Source: a virus (Duplodnaviria; Caudoviricetes). Taken from it: a stretch of DNA of 64,000 bases. A program made the translations under genes and the position numbers. The stretch is from IMG/VR virus record IMGVR_UViG_3300022552_000005, positions 1 to 64,000 of that record; one strand, written 5' to 3'. Shown here piece by piece: positions 40,518 to 50,211 of the stretch; the first letter of the stretch is position 1, and every line of letters starts with the position of its first letter. The notes below the pieces were generated by a model. The model was not told the DNA's origin. It made no database searches and saw nothing but the letters and a program-made list of their open reading frames with translations.

Positions 40518-41822
40518 CTATAGATAAGTCAAATAGCTATTATATGCCGGTGCAGTAAATGCCCATCTAATGCTAAATTCTACAATATCCCCGCTATCAT
40601 CTATAGAATACGTTTTCTGAACTACCCTGTAACTCGTTCCATAACCAGTAGGAGCAGCTGCTGCAATTCGAGCATTAATAAAATCTTTTAACAAATACAA
40701 CGGATAATCGCTTTTCTTTTGGGCACGACCCCGAATAGTCACGTAACCTTCTGTTGAAGTTCCCAAATCTTGAACTACTGGACCATCGGGTTTATCTACA
40801 ATAGTATGAGTGGCATAAAGAGTAACCGGCTCATCTATTTCTTTTACTAATTCAAAACTAATAATTCCAGACGGTAATGCATTAACATCATCAACGAAAG
40901 ATACATCATAGGTAATTATACCATCGAATTTATTCTCAGTTAAATTTAACGAACGCGGTGATTGGCTTAGGTTACGCGTACCTCCATATCTTAAATAAAC
41001 TCCAGACGCTACACTAGGTAAACGCGGCAAAACATTAGCCCATCCCTCTAAAGCATGCTGATAAGCCGCATCTCCTCGTCCCAAGCCACGTATTTCACCA
41101 TCAATGTCAACGTTAACACTACCATTTTCATTAACACTATAAGAAGCATTATAAACATGAATATATGTTCCAGAAGATAAAATAAATTTTTCTGTTACCT
41201 CATATGTGCTTTCATAAGTATCAGCATTTTCTACGCGAAATGATTCATATGGTTGTAACGCACCGGAACCCTCCGTAAAAGCGGGCATAAAACTTGGTGC
41301 ATTATTATAACCTACTTTTGACAAAACAAAGTCGCGCGCGTTTTCTAAAGCATTGTTACCGCTAGTAGCTGTATTAAGCCCCTTAGCACTAATATTGTGT
41401 TCAACCGTGATGGTACGACGGTCTTCGTTTTCCTCGTAGGACCAAGTTTCAGAATAAGTCTCGATATTACCTATTGCGCCCGATTCTTTAATGAAAAGCT
41501 CGGCGGTATAATCAATACGGTCAACCCACACACCCTCAGTAAACTCTAAACTATTAACGCGCGGACAACCCGAAACAAGAACGTCTCCATTATAAACAAT
41601 CTTAAAAACTTCATTATCACGACTAAGTGCATCTTCTAATTCTTGACGCTTCTGCATTATTACGCCAAAGTCGCCGCTCGGAAATAGTAAGGTTCCATTC
41701 AGCCCATAAGTAATCGTGCGATAAATTAAATTTTCCTTTTCATCGTACTCTTGAGCTATACTATAAGTAATTAACGGTGCAGGAAGAAATTGATAATTAC
41801 CGTAATAAACCTCCGCCGCCAT
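40518..41822 (-). CDS. Putative distal tail (Dit-like) / tail-tip protein
   Basis: First gene after the tape measure; beta-rich with repeated gene-length modules (YSETWSYEE...HNISAKG; YNASYSV...VDIDGEIRG). Positional inference. Confidence 0.5.
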   Translation of the reverse strand: MAAEVYYGNYQFLPAPLITYSIAQEYDEKENLIYRTITYGLNGTLLFPSGDFGVIMQKRQELEDALSRDNEVFKIVYNGDVLVSGCPRVNSLEFTEGVWVDRIDYTAELFIKESGAIGNIETYSETWSYEENEDRRTITVEHNISAKGLNTATSGNNALENARDFVLSKVGYNNAPSFMPAFTEGSGALQPYESFRVENADTYESTYEVTEKFILSSGTYIHVYNASYSVNENGSVNVDIDGEIRGLGRGDAAYQHALEGWANVLPRLPSVASGVYLRYGGTRNLSQSPRSLNLTENKFDGIITYDVSFVDDVNALPSGIISFELVKEIDEPVTLYATHTIVDKPDGPVVQDLGTSTEGYVTIRGRAQKKSDYPLYLLKDFINARIAAAAPTGYGTSYRVVQKTYSIDDSGDIVEFSIRWAFTAPAYNSYLTYL

Positions 41823-41824
41823 TT

Positions 41825-44800
41825 TTATACTCCATCAACACCCATTTCTTTCAATCTTTGTAATATATTCAATAATGTACTCTTAAGAGCCGTAAATTCT
41901 GCCCGCGATACGGCTTGTTTCATGTTACGTTGCCAGATACGCTCAATTTCGCTGGATAATTCATTAATACCACTAATATGAATCTCGCGCCGACCATCAA
42001 GAGAAATATTAATTTTCTGCTCTGGTTTTTCTTTAACCTTGTTGTTTATTTTTTCAATAAGCTGTTCAACTCGATTGATCAACGAACGAAAATCAGTCGT
42101 CTCAATAGTTTTTTCTTTGATAATCTCTTTCCTAATCGGCGCATTAACAACCTGCGCCATTGTATTCTGCAATTTATCCGGCAAATTCAACTGCCCGAAA
42201 ATCTTCTTAGCTTGATCCTTAGTAAGAATTAGTTCTGACGTATTGGCAACCACAAGTTCGCTTCCACGTGGCATTTCACGTTTTTCTCGCTCTGCCGCCA
42301 TTTTTAATGAGAATAATTCGGCAGGACTAAGTCCACCGGCGCGTGTTTGAGTTCCGGCAACTCGATATATGCGAATTCTAACATTATTAATCGCGGTAAT
42401 TAACTTACTTATCCAGCCGGGTAAATTTTGCCTAATAAAGTCCACACTAGTGCTGATTGACTTAAGAAGTACGTTAGTTCCGTCAGCAATAGTATTAGTA
42501 ATATCTTGATTAGTTCCAATTAATGTATTTTGCAAACTAATTAATTCGGCTTGTTTCTCTATTAATGCCTGTTTAAGACTTTCAATGCGATCGTGTAATT
42601 CCTCAACTGTTTTCTTTGAATCGGCAATAATTGCATTTGATTGTTCAATTATTTTTTTATTTTCGGCAACGGTTTCTGCACTTTTAAGAACTGCCAGGGT
42701 CACCTCGTCCATTTTGCTTTGTACCGCAGTAACGCCAACAGTATTCTCTGCGATTTTGCCAGCTTGAAACTTAGCTGAGGCAGAACCCTCTTGTAATACA
42801 TTATACAGTTGCATAAACTGATTTTGTAAATTCGCCTGAAAACTTAATTGCTGATTAAGCTGAGCCTGAAGCAACTTGCGGCGCTCTAAGGCTTCGGATA
42901 ATTGCTGCTCTAATGTTTGTTCTTGATTAAAAGCAGCCTGTCTCAATTCATCGATTTTTTCGCGAGCCTGTTGAGCTTCCTGTATTTGTTTCTCCGTTTG
43001 ACTTAATTCTTGTTCCAGCAAATTAACCATCATGCCGGTAGAATTAGCTGTGCGTTGTTGAGCATCAAAAGCCTTTTTATTAAGATCGGCGACCTCTGCA
43101 CTCTTGCGAATAATTTCTTCATTGAGCCGTTCTAAGGCGGTAGTATCAATGCCGATACGCTCAAGTCCAGCTTTAGCAATTTCAATTTCGATACCTGGAC
43201 CACGTTGTAGTTTTAATAATTCAACCACAGTGTCGCGCAAAAATAAGGGTACTTCTGACAAATCACGATTAATATATTGCATAGCCAAGGCTATTTTGGC
43301 AAGACGAGAATAATTTGCAGTATACAGCCCCTCGCCAAATCTTTTAATACTGTTAAATTGATCTTGCAAAACATTAATAATTTGCTGGTTGAGATCTGCC
43401 CGAATACGATAAATAGCCTCTTCGCTTGCTGCTATACCATTAACTGCCGCATCATATGAGGCGGTAATAGCATCAATCTGATCTTGCCAGGTACGATATA
43501 TTCCTAATTGCCTTTTAATGCCGATTAAATATTTTTGATTTTCATAATTAAGATTTATCGTCGCATCATTGATTTCTCTAATACGTTGATTATGTTCCTC
43601 AAATGCCCGAACAAGTGCGATTTCCTCACGTAATTGTTTAGCTTTCGTCTCTAATTCCGGCAAACGAGCAACCTTTTTTGCTAATCTTGGCGGTGGGGTC
43701 CATGCTATTTGAGCTTGTAACTTAGCAATTGTTTTATCTAAATCAAGCAAACTATTACGTAAACCAGCTATTTTGTCCGCGGTAGTATTAATCTTCGATG
43801 ATAGATCGCCTAGTTTACGAATATTAATACTTTCAATTTCTCGGGTTAAACGCTTACGTTCTTGTTCAATTGCCCGCTCAGCTTGCCTGCGATCTTGTTC
43901 AGCTTTTTTTGCTCGTTGAATGTTTTTAATAATAAGATCATATAAAGCATTAATTTGCTGCTCAACAGATTTTTTAAATTCTAGTGCAACCGTTGCTTTT
44001 AATTGTAATTCGAAAGCTTGCACATAAGGAGTGGCAGCTTCACCTAATTTCTGTTTAAGTTCTTCAATTTTTTCTTTCTGAAAATCAATTAGTTTCGCTC
44101 GCTTTTCAGCAAAATCAGCGTCAATCTTGGCAATCTTAGCAAATGTGACTGCAGTAGCTTGGGCTAAATCATCCTGAGCTCTAATAACAGCATCTAAATT
44201 TTGAATACCTAACTCAATATCACGTAACATAAGTGCCGATTGCAGACGGTTAACCTCAATTATAAACTGTTCCGTGGTAGTACGTGCTTTAATTGCTGCC
44301 GTTTCAAGTAATTTAAATAACTGTCCATACATATCGCGCCAACGACGAGCAGTTTGTTCCAAGGCGCGTTGCTTCATCTCCTCAGCCCGACGAGCAACCT
44401 CACCACTAAGTTTTTCAGCTTCATCTAAAAGTTTAATCTTTGTAACACTTGATTCAATTGCCTTAACGATTTCCTTAGCAAATTCAGGATGAGCTTTAGC
44501 AAATTCTTCTAAAGCCTCCTTAGCCTCCTCTATTCCAGTTGCCTGATCGCGCATATAAGCAACAGTCTCTTGAAATTCTCTCTGTAAACTATTAAGTCCA
44601 TCCTCTAATGCTTTAATACCAACACTGGTAATATTATCTATTTCGCCGGGCAACTCAACAAACGCATCGCGCAATCCATAAGTTGCCGTTACCATATTTC
44701 TGAAATTAGTAAAAGCACGATTGCTAGCAGATTGAAGTCCTTCCAATGCGCTATTAAAATCAATAGTTTGAGTAGTGCTGAACTTTAATAAGTCATTAAA

Positions 44801-47800
44801 ATATGCTAACTGAGTTCCGATGTCTTTAATCGCACCAACTGTTTGATCGCCAGTTTCAGTCACGCCAGTAAATTCAATTGTAAATCCTTCACGAGTAATA
44901 TCCTCAATTAAAGCGCCAAGATTAATTAAATCACGATTCACTGGACCATAATTTTTCTCTACGAAATCGACAACAACTTGCAGCCGTTCTTTCGCTAAGT
45001 CAGACAACAACTGCCGGAAAAATTGGGTACGTTCGGTAACTCGATTAAAAATAGTATTCAAATCCTGCATTTGCTTACTGATTTGTACAAGCGATTGGAA
45101 TGACTTATCCAAATTACGTGCTAATTCCCCAGCACCAGCCGTTAAAATAAGCTTTACATTAACTTTGCGCGGTAATGCTAAACGTGATATAAACTCTTCA
45201 CCCAGTTTTCCACTAGCAAAAGTCTGTACTAAACGCGCATACCCTTTATTAACTAGTCCAATCCGTAATGCTTCGACAGAACGGGCTTTTGCTAAAACAG
45301 CCTGCGCATCAACAAGTTCCGCCGCCGTTCTTTCTTCTTCGGTAGCTAATTTCTCACGTGCTTTTAATGCTTCACTAGTACGATTAATAACCGCCGCTAC
45401 AGTAGATAATGCCGCCCCAACTGCCGCAGCAGCAGGACCTAACGGAGCTAGAAACGCAGCACCTTTAGCTGCCGCTCCGCCAAAAGATAATAAATATCCA
45501 CCTGTTTGCTCTAATGTGTTACCTGTTTTTACAATTTCATCACCAAAAGTTCCTATAACATTTCCAATAGATTCCAGGGCAGTCATTATTACAAGAGCAC
45601 GACCAACTTCTTTTGCAAAATCTCTTGCGCCACCAGCCGCTTTTTGCATTGAGCGCGCCATCTGTTGCATGGCTACATTTGATGCGCGTACTTGTCGAAC
45701 GCCTGGTCCAACACCACCCATTGCAACGGCTGGAGCGACGCCCATTCTCTGTTTAGTAAGCGCGTCAGCAAGCATACCGGTTTGTTTAAGGGCGGCATTT
45801 TGTTGTTGAATAGCAATAGTACTTTGTTCAACTGCGCGTGTAACCTGATTAAATCCATCAACTAACGCGCGTATTTGCGTTTCACTGCCGGTAATAAATG
45901 CTCTGAAATGACGTGCTGCTGTAATGATTTGAGGAATAAATACTTTACCAAAAATAACTAAAATTGTCCGTTTAAGTAATTGTAATACGCTAGCAGCATT
46001 CGTTACACCTTTACCAATAGACTCGGCGATCATCTCGCCGATAGTTTTTACCTTTTCAACTTCACTAGTATCAACTTCAAGAGCTAACTTCTTAGTCAAA
46101 AATTTATCCCAAGCTTTTCCAAGATCAACAATATGAACTAACAATGAACTCGCGCCAAGAATTAACTTACGATAAACATCAACCGCACCAATTTCTTTTA
46201 ATGTAGTTACTAATTTAACAATAGCATTAACTAATTGACGATGGGCATAACCAACTGTTTGAGCCTCAATAGCTTCCTTACGTAATGCCGATGTAGAAGC
46301 CTCGGTAGCAATAGCTAATAACCGATGATATTTATCGCTACGACTTAACAATGCGGACAGCTCGGTAAAACGGCGCTTACCACCAGCCAAACGTGCCATA
46401 GCTGCCCGCTGAGTTTCATCCATATATTGCCACGCCTGAGCCATTAATTCAATAATTTCAGACGTGGTCTTATATTCGCGAGAGGCTGCCTCAGTATCAC
46501 CTGCCAAACGTAAAGTATTTTTAGCAAGTTTAATAATTTCCTCTCGATTCTGCGCAATAGAAACCAAAATAGTCTTCATGGCTGTACCGACGCGAGTAGC
46601 AGCCAACTGAGTTGTCCCAGCCACAGTTGCAATCATCGCGCCGAGCTCTTCGATGCTCACACCAAATGCAGAAGCAGTAGCGCCTGACCGAATAAAGCCC
46701 TTCGCCAAGTCTTCTACGGTAACAGCGCTATTATCCGCCAAATCAGAGAACATCGCGACATACTTTGCCGCTTTTTGGAAAGTAATGCCGAAAGCATTAA
46801 CCGTAGTAATAAGTAGCTTGGAACCAGTAACAGCATCAACAGTTGAAATATTCAAAAGCTGCATAGTTGCCCGTGTGGCAGCCGCAATTTCATCAATGTT
46901 CTTTAAACCTTGGCGCGCGAAATTAGTTGCTGCATCTGAAACTTCGGCAAACGTTCGTCCGGTTTGAATTGCCATATCAACAAGACGATCAGTAAGTTGT
47001 TCGGTATCAACACCGGGAAGAACCTTTGCTAAACTCTTAGCTGTATCATCTAATAATCTTAATCCATCAACCGCTTGTCGAATAGCTTCAAGCATCTTAA
47101 ATAAGCCAGCAGTATAAACAAAGAATGCTGAAAAACGTTTAGCAATCTGACCGATTTTCGCACCAAATTCAGCCGCGCTCATTCCGGCTTCACTATAAAT
47201 TTTATTTAAATTATCTTTATAGCGCGCCAACTCAACATCGCGCGGACTAAGAACTAAATTGAGTCGCCGTTGTGTAGGAATGGCTGCTAATTGTGCTCGT
47301 ACTTCTTTTAATCGCTCAACAGCTCGTCTAATAGGTTTTGCAGGAAGCGCATGAGAAAATTGTTTACGTAATGCTGCCGCATCCCTAGCTACTAACCCTA
47401 ATTCGCGACGCAGCTGATCGGCAATTCGTTTGGAAATTGTTAAATCTGCCCGTAATTTAATAGGTGGTTGAGAATCCATAAATTTCTGCAAGTTCTTATG
47501 AGCTTTACGCAATTCCTTATGAGGAAACTCAACTGGAACCTTAGCTACCAGTTTTAAATCACTAAATTGTTTTTTAGAAATAATGGGCTTAACGGGAATA
47601 CGCAGCCTATAACCCGCCGCAGCAGTTGCAATATCTTTATTTATGGCACTTAATTGTGCCCTAATATCACCACGTTTAAGTTGGATCTGCGTGCTGATAA
47701 TATACTTTTTAGAAAAAAGTTTCTGCATGCTGGCACGCCAAGAGGACATCAAAGTTTTAATATCCGCGCGCATTTGTTGAATACCTTCGCGCAAACCAAT

Positions 47801-48100
47801 AGAAAGTTGCTTTTTAAGATAGTCTGGCAAAAAATCCAAATTTATATTTTGCGGACCATAAGTTATACTAACACGTTTAATCGTATCACTAAGACGTTTA
47901 TAAATCTGACTTAATTCTTTATTTGGTAATACTTGAACGGCAGTTAATCGTAACTCTCCAAGGCGAGCTTTTAATTTTTTAAGACTTACATTAGTAATCG
48001 CATAGTTGAGCGCACGACGTACCTTGTCTATCAGCGCTTTAGTCTTAACATCGCGCTCTGTAAAACGAACGCCTAGTTTAATTTCATACTGCGCCGCCAT
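41825..48100 (-). CDS. Tail tape measure protein (2091 aa)
   Basis: TP901-type core (FARQG, LADNSAVTVEDLAKGFIRSGATASAFGVSIEELGAMIA, VGTAMKTIL, LAGGKRRFTELSALL); long Ala/Leu/Glu/Lys coiled-coil; follows tube and chaperone genes. Confidence 0.92.
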   Translation of the reverse strand: MAAQYEIKLGVRFTERDVKTKALIDKVRRALNYAITNVSLKKLKARLGELRLTAVQVLPNKELSQIYKRLSDTIKRVSITYGPQNINLDFLPDYLKKQLSIGLREGIQQMRADIKTLMSSWRASMQKLFSKKYIISTQIQLKRGDIRAQLSAINKDIATAAAGYRLRIPVKPIISKKQFSDLKLVAKVPVEFPHKELRKAHKNLQKFMDSQPPIKLRADLTISKRIADQLRRELGLVARDAAALRKQFSHALPAKPIRRAVERLKEVRAQLAAIPTQRRLNLVLSPRDVELARYKDNLNKIYSEAGMSAAEFGAKIGQIAKRFSAFFVYTAGLFKMLEAIRQAVDGLRLLDDTAKSLAKVLPGVDTEQLTDRLVDMAIQTGRTFAEVSDAATNFARQGLKNIDEIAAATRATMQLLNISTVDAVTGSKLLITTVNAFGITFQKAAKYVAMFSDLADNSAVTVEDLAKGFIRSGATASAFGVSIEELGAMIATVAGTTQLAATRVGTAMKTILVSIAQNREEIIKLAKNTLRLAGDTEAASREYKTTSEIIELMAQAWQYMDETQRAAMARLAGGKRRFTELSALLSRSDKYHRLLAIATEASTSALRKEAIEAQTVGYAHRQLVNAIVKLVTTLKEIGAVDVYRKLILGASSLLVHIVDLGKAWDKFLTKKLALEVDTSEVEKVKTIGEMIAESIGKGVTNAASVLQLLKRTILVIFGKVFIPQIITAARHFRAFITGSETQIRALVDGFNQVTRAVEQSTIAIQQQNAALKQTGMLADALTKQRMGVAPAVAMGGVGPGVRQVRASNVAMQQMARSMQKAAGGARDFAKEVGRALVIMTALESIGNVIGTFGDEIVKTGNTLEQTGGYLLSFGGAAAKGAAFLAPLGPAAAAVGAALSTVAAVINRTSEALKAREKLATEEERTAAELVDAQAVLAKARSVEALRIGLVNKGYARLVQTFASGKLGEEFISRLALPRKVNVKLILTAGAGELARNLDKSFQSLVQISKQMQDLNTIFNRVTERTQFFRQLLSDLAKERLQVVVDFVEKNYGPVNRDLINLGALIEDITREGFTIEFTGVTETGDQTVGAIKDIGTQLAYFNDLLKFSTTQTIDFNSALEGLQSASNRAFTNFRNMVTATYGLRDAFVELPGEIDNITSVGIKALEDGLNSLQREFQETVAYMRDQATGIEEAKEALEEFAKAHPEFAKEIVKAIESSVTKIKLLDEAEKLSGEVARRAEEMKQRALEQTARRWRDMYGQLFKLLETAAIKARTTTEQFIIEVNRLQSALMLRDIELGIQNLDAVIRAQDDLAQATAVTFAKIAKIDADFAEKRAKLIDFQKEKIEELKQKLGEAATPYVQAFELQLKATVALEFKKSVEQQINALYDLIIKNIQRAKKAEQDRRQAERAIEQERKRLTREIESINIRKLGDLSSKINTTADKIAGLRNSLLDLDKTIAKLQAQIAWTPPPRLAKKVARLPELETKAKQLREEIALVRAFEEHNQRIREINDATINLNYENQKYLIGIKRQLGIYRTWQDQIDAITASYDAAVNGIAASEEAIYRIRADLNQQIINVLQDQFNSIKRFGEGLYTANYSRLAKIALAMQYINRDLSEVPLFLRDTVVELLKLQRGPGIEIEIAKAGLERIGIDTTALERLNEEIIRKSAEVADLNKKAFDAQQRTANSTGMMVNLLEQELSQTEKQIQEAQQAREKIDELRQAAFNQEQTLEQQLSEALERRKLLQAQLNQQLSFQANLQNQFMQLYNVLQEGSASAKFQAGKIAENTVGVTAVQSKMDEVTLAVLKSAETVAENKKIIEQSNAIIADSKKTVEELHDRIESLKQALIEKQAELISLQNTLIGTNQDITNTIADGTNVLLKSISTSVDFIRQNLPGWISKLITAINNVRIRIYRVAGTQTRAGGLSPAELFSLKMAAEREKREMPRGSELVVANTSELILTKDQAKKIFGQLNLPDKLQNTMAQVVNAPIRKEIIKEKTIETTDFRSLINRVEQLIEKINNKVKEKPEQKINISLDGRREIHISGINELSSEIERIWQRNMKQAVSRAEFTALKSTLLNILQRLKEMGVDGV

Positions 48101-48105
48101 TTATT

Positions 48106-48813
48106 TTATTCTTTCTTTTTTCTTCGTCGTTTGCGCGGTTTTTTGGCTTCTTTAGCTTCAGTTCCAATTGCATCAGCGACAATTTCTTTATAATATTTAT
48201 CGGTCAAATCATCTTCGTTATTCAAATAACCATGTTCACGCAACCATCTCCGTTCAGCAAAATCTGGGCGGGTATCTTCCTCCTTCAATCCAGCATTAGC
48301 TAACAATGCGTACCCATAACAAGTAGCCGTAAAAGTGGTATCTGGATGATTAACGAAATCAGCGCGTGAATTAAAAATACGCTGGTTATTTTCATCTACC
48401 GTACACTCAACAGCAAATTGAATTGTGCGAGCTTCATCGGCGTATCCCTCGGCGGTTTGCGAAGAAAAAAGCCGCGTTTTATGAGTAATCAAATCGAGCA
48501 GTTTATTTCGCAGTTGCATAATCTTGAAAGCAAGTTCTTTGCCCTTCTTTTCATCCTCCTCTTTCTCAAGTTCAAGCTCAGCAGTAACAATTTGCACTTG
48601 AAGCTCTCTAACTTTTTGTTCTTGTTCATCTCCCCAAACACCAGTTTTTTCAAAAATTTGTTTAGCTTCAAGCTCAGTCATAATGCCATTTCTAACTGCC
48701 TCTGCGAATGCGCGTCGATATTCAAGGTCAATTCTTAAAAGCTGGTCTTGTGTAGGATTAAGAATAAAATACTTTTTACCTTCATACGTGAACTCAATCA
48801 ATTTCTTTGTCAT
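48106..48813 (-). CDS. Putative tail assembly chaperone (paralog of 49096..50154)
   Basis: Directly upstream of the TMP; helical; shares G..E.E...I......W.D..E..V..LQ and LL.L...K..LF....E..A with the 352-aa protein. Confidence 0.55.
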   Translation of the reverse strand: MTKKLIEFTYEGKKYFILNPTQDQLLRIDLEYRRAFAEAVRNGIMTELEAKQIFEKTGVWGDEQEQKVRELQVQIVTAELELEKEEDEKKGKELAFKIMQLRNKLLDLITHKTRLFSSQTAEGYADEARTIQFAVECTVDENNQRIFNSRADFVNHPDTTFTATCYGYALLANAGLKEEDTRPDFAERRWLREHGYLNNEDDLTDKYYKEIVADAIGTEAKEAKKPRKRRRKKKE

Positions 48814-49135
48814 GACCTTTCACCTCGCCTTTGCCCTGAAAATTAAACGTTTCTTTGTCCGGAATATATTCAACATTAAATTTCTCTAAATATTGATGAG
48901 CCTCACGAATAGCATCATTGCCAATACGCAAAATTTCCGCTCGTAAACCAGGATAAGAGGGAAAGTTTTTGCCTAGGCGGGTTTCGATTGCCCTCAAAGC
49001 TCCTACAAAAACGGATTTGATGCCATTATAAATTAAAAGCCGAAGGTAATCCTTCGACTTATTAAAATAAGGCTCATCTCTATGATTAATATTTTTTAAA
49101 CGCCTTTGAGAATGTCGCCTTTCCTTAGATCCCAT
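48794..49135 (-). CDS. Hypothetical protein (113 aa) in the chaperone region
   Basis: Only in-frame ATG is 49135; overlaps both neighbours; helical. Confidence 0.6.
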   Translation of the reverse strand: MGSKERRHSQRRLKNINHRDEPYFNKSKDYLRLLIYNGIKSVFVGALRAIETRLGKNFPSYPGLRAEILRIGNDAIREAHQYLEKFNVEYIPDKETFNFQGKGEVKGHDKEID

Positions 49136-50154
49136 TCACTTACCGTGCCTTTGCCTTTAATAATATTCCGTTCATGACGCAATTTAGCACGCGTTAAAGG
49201 ATCATTTTGTGATTGAATCTCATCAATAAGCGTCGGATCATTATCGCAAAACACAAAAGTTTCAACCGTCCCGTATTTTTGTTTTTTATCTACGGGAGAC
49301 ACGACATTCTTTCTACTATTTAATACGTTTCTGTTATTACGCTTACGAGTTTCGTTACGTACCCAAGCATCCAGTGCCTCATCATTATCAATCAAATGAT
49401 GAGGGCACTCTGGATGTTCAAAAACCCAATCATAATATAAACTCCAAAAAATCAAATTATTCTGCACATCGCCCCATTCTGCGGCAGGTTTACCAAAAAG
49501 ATCTGCTCCATTTTTAGTGGAATTCCAACGATAACGCCACATATTAGAGCGAGCAATTTTTCTGACAGTTCTTTCGTCAAGAACAAAACGATCATTATAA
49601 GCACTTACCACGTTATTAATAAATATTATATCATCAAAATTATTAAATTCTTCTTCTGTCCAAAACGGCGTACTGTCTAATTTAAATAAACAATAAAAGG
49701 CTGTTTGGCGAAACTTGACAGTCAGCGCACGATTTTCCAGGCTATTAGCAAAAAGATCCCATTTTCGTTGAAGCAAATCATTTAATTCTCGTTCAGTCCG
49801 ACGAATTTGGCGTTCGATATTTTTATACTTGACTCGTTGGTACTTAAAATCTGGCAAAATATTTTTTAATTTTTTAATTCCATTTTGTAGAACAACAACT
49901 CTTTCTTCGTCTTTATCAGTCCAAATCTCACGCTCGGCATAAATTTTTCTAAGTTCTGCCTCGCTAATAAGTCCAAGCTTGGCTCCTTGCACAAGTTCGC
50001 GCTGATACATGTAATTAATATAATTCTGCTGCCGACCACTTAGAATCTTTATAATACAAGTATGAATATTACCATTGCCATCAGAAATATCAACAATCGC
50101 TTCCCCCAATAATATTTCGAGAATATGCTGTTCGATCTCTTGATAGTCGTCCAT
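49096..50154 (-). CDS. Putative tail assembly chaperone (352 aa)
   Basis: First gene after the tail tube; helical/charged; paralogous core with 48106..48813. Confidence 0.55.
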   Translation of the reverse strand: MDDYQEIEQHILEILLGEAIVDISDGNGNIHTCIIKILSGRQQNYINYMYQRELVQGAKLGLISEAELRKIYAEREIWTDKDEERVVVLQNGIKKLKNILPDFKYQRVKYKNIERQIRRTERELNDLLQRKWDLFANSLENRALTVKFRQTAFYCLFKLDSTPFWTEEEFNNFDDIIFINNVVSAYNDRFVLDERTVRKIARSNMWRYRWNSTKNGADLFGKPAAEWGDVQNNLIFWSLYYDWVFEHPECPHHLIDNDEALDAWVRNETRKRNNRNVLNSRKNVVSPVDKKQKYGTVETFVFCDNDPTLIDEIQSQNDPLTRAKLRHERNIIKGKGTVSEWDLRKGDILKGV

Positions 50155-50161
50155 TTTTGAG

Positions 50162-50196
50162 AAAAAGAAAGGGGGCCTCTGTTATTCAGAGGCCCC
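50162..50196 (-). terminator. Intrinsic terminator after the tail tube gene
   Basis: Perfect 10-bp stem GGGGCCTCTG-TTATT-CAGAGGCCCC (50172-50196) followed on the - strand by CTTTCTTTTTC. Confidence 0.85.
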
Positions 50197-50211
50197 GGTG
50201 GAAATCAAATA

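Noticed and set aside
45165-45809. 214-aa + strand ORF antisense to the tape measure
   Set aside because: Shadow of Ala-rich TMP codons; no RBS or motif.
49096-49140. -1 programmed frameshift joining the 352-aa and 113-aa ORFs (the -1 frame is open over the last 13 codons)
   Set aside because: No X XXY YYZ heptamer in the correct frame (AGG AAA GGC; GGC GTT TAA). An ATG exists at 49135, and similar 10-50 nt overlaps are common in this genome.
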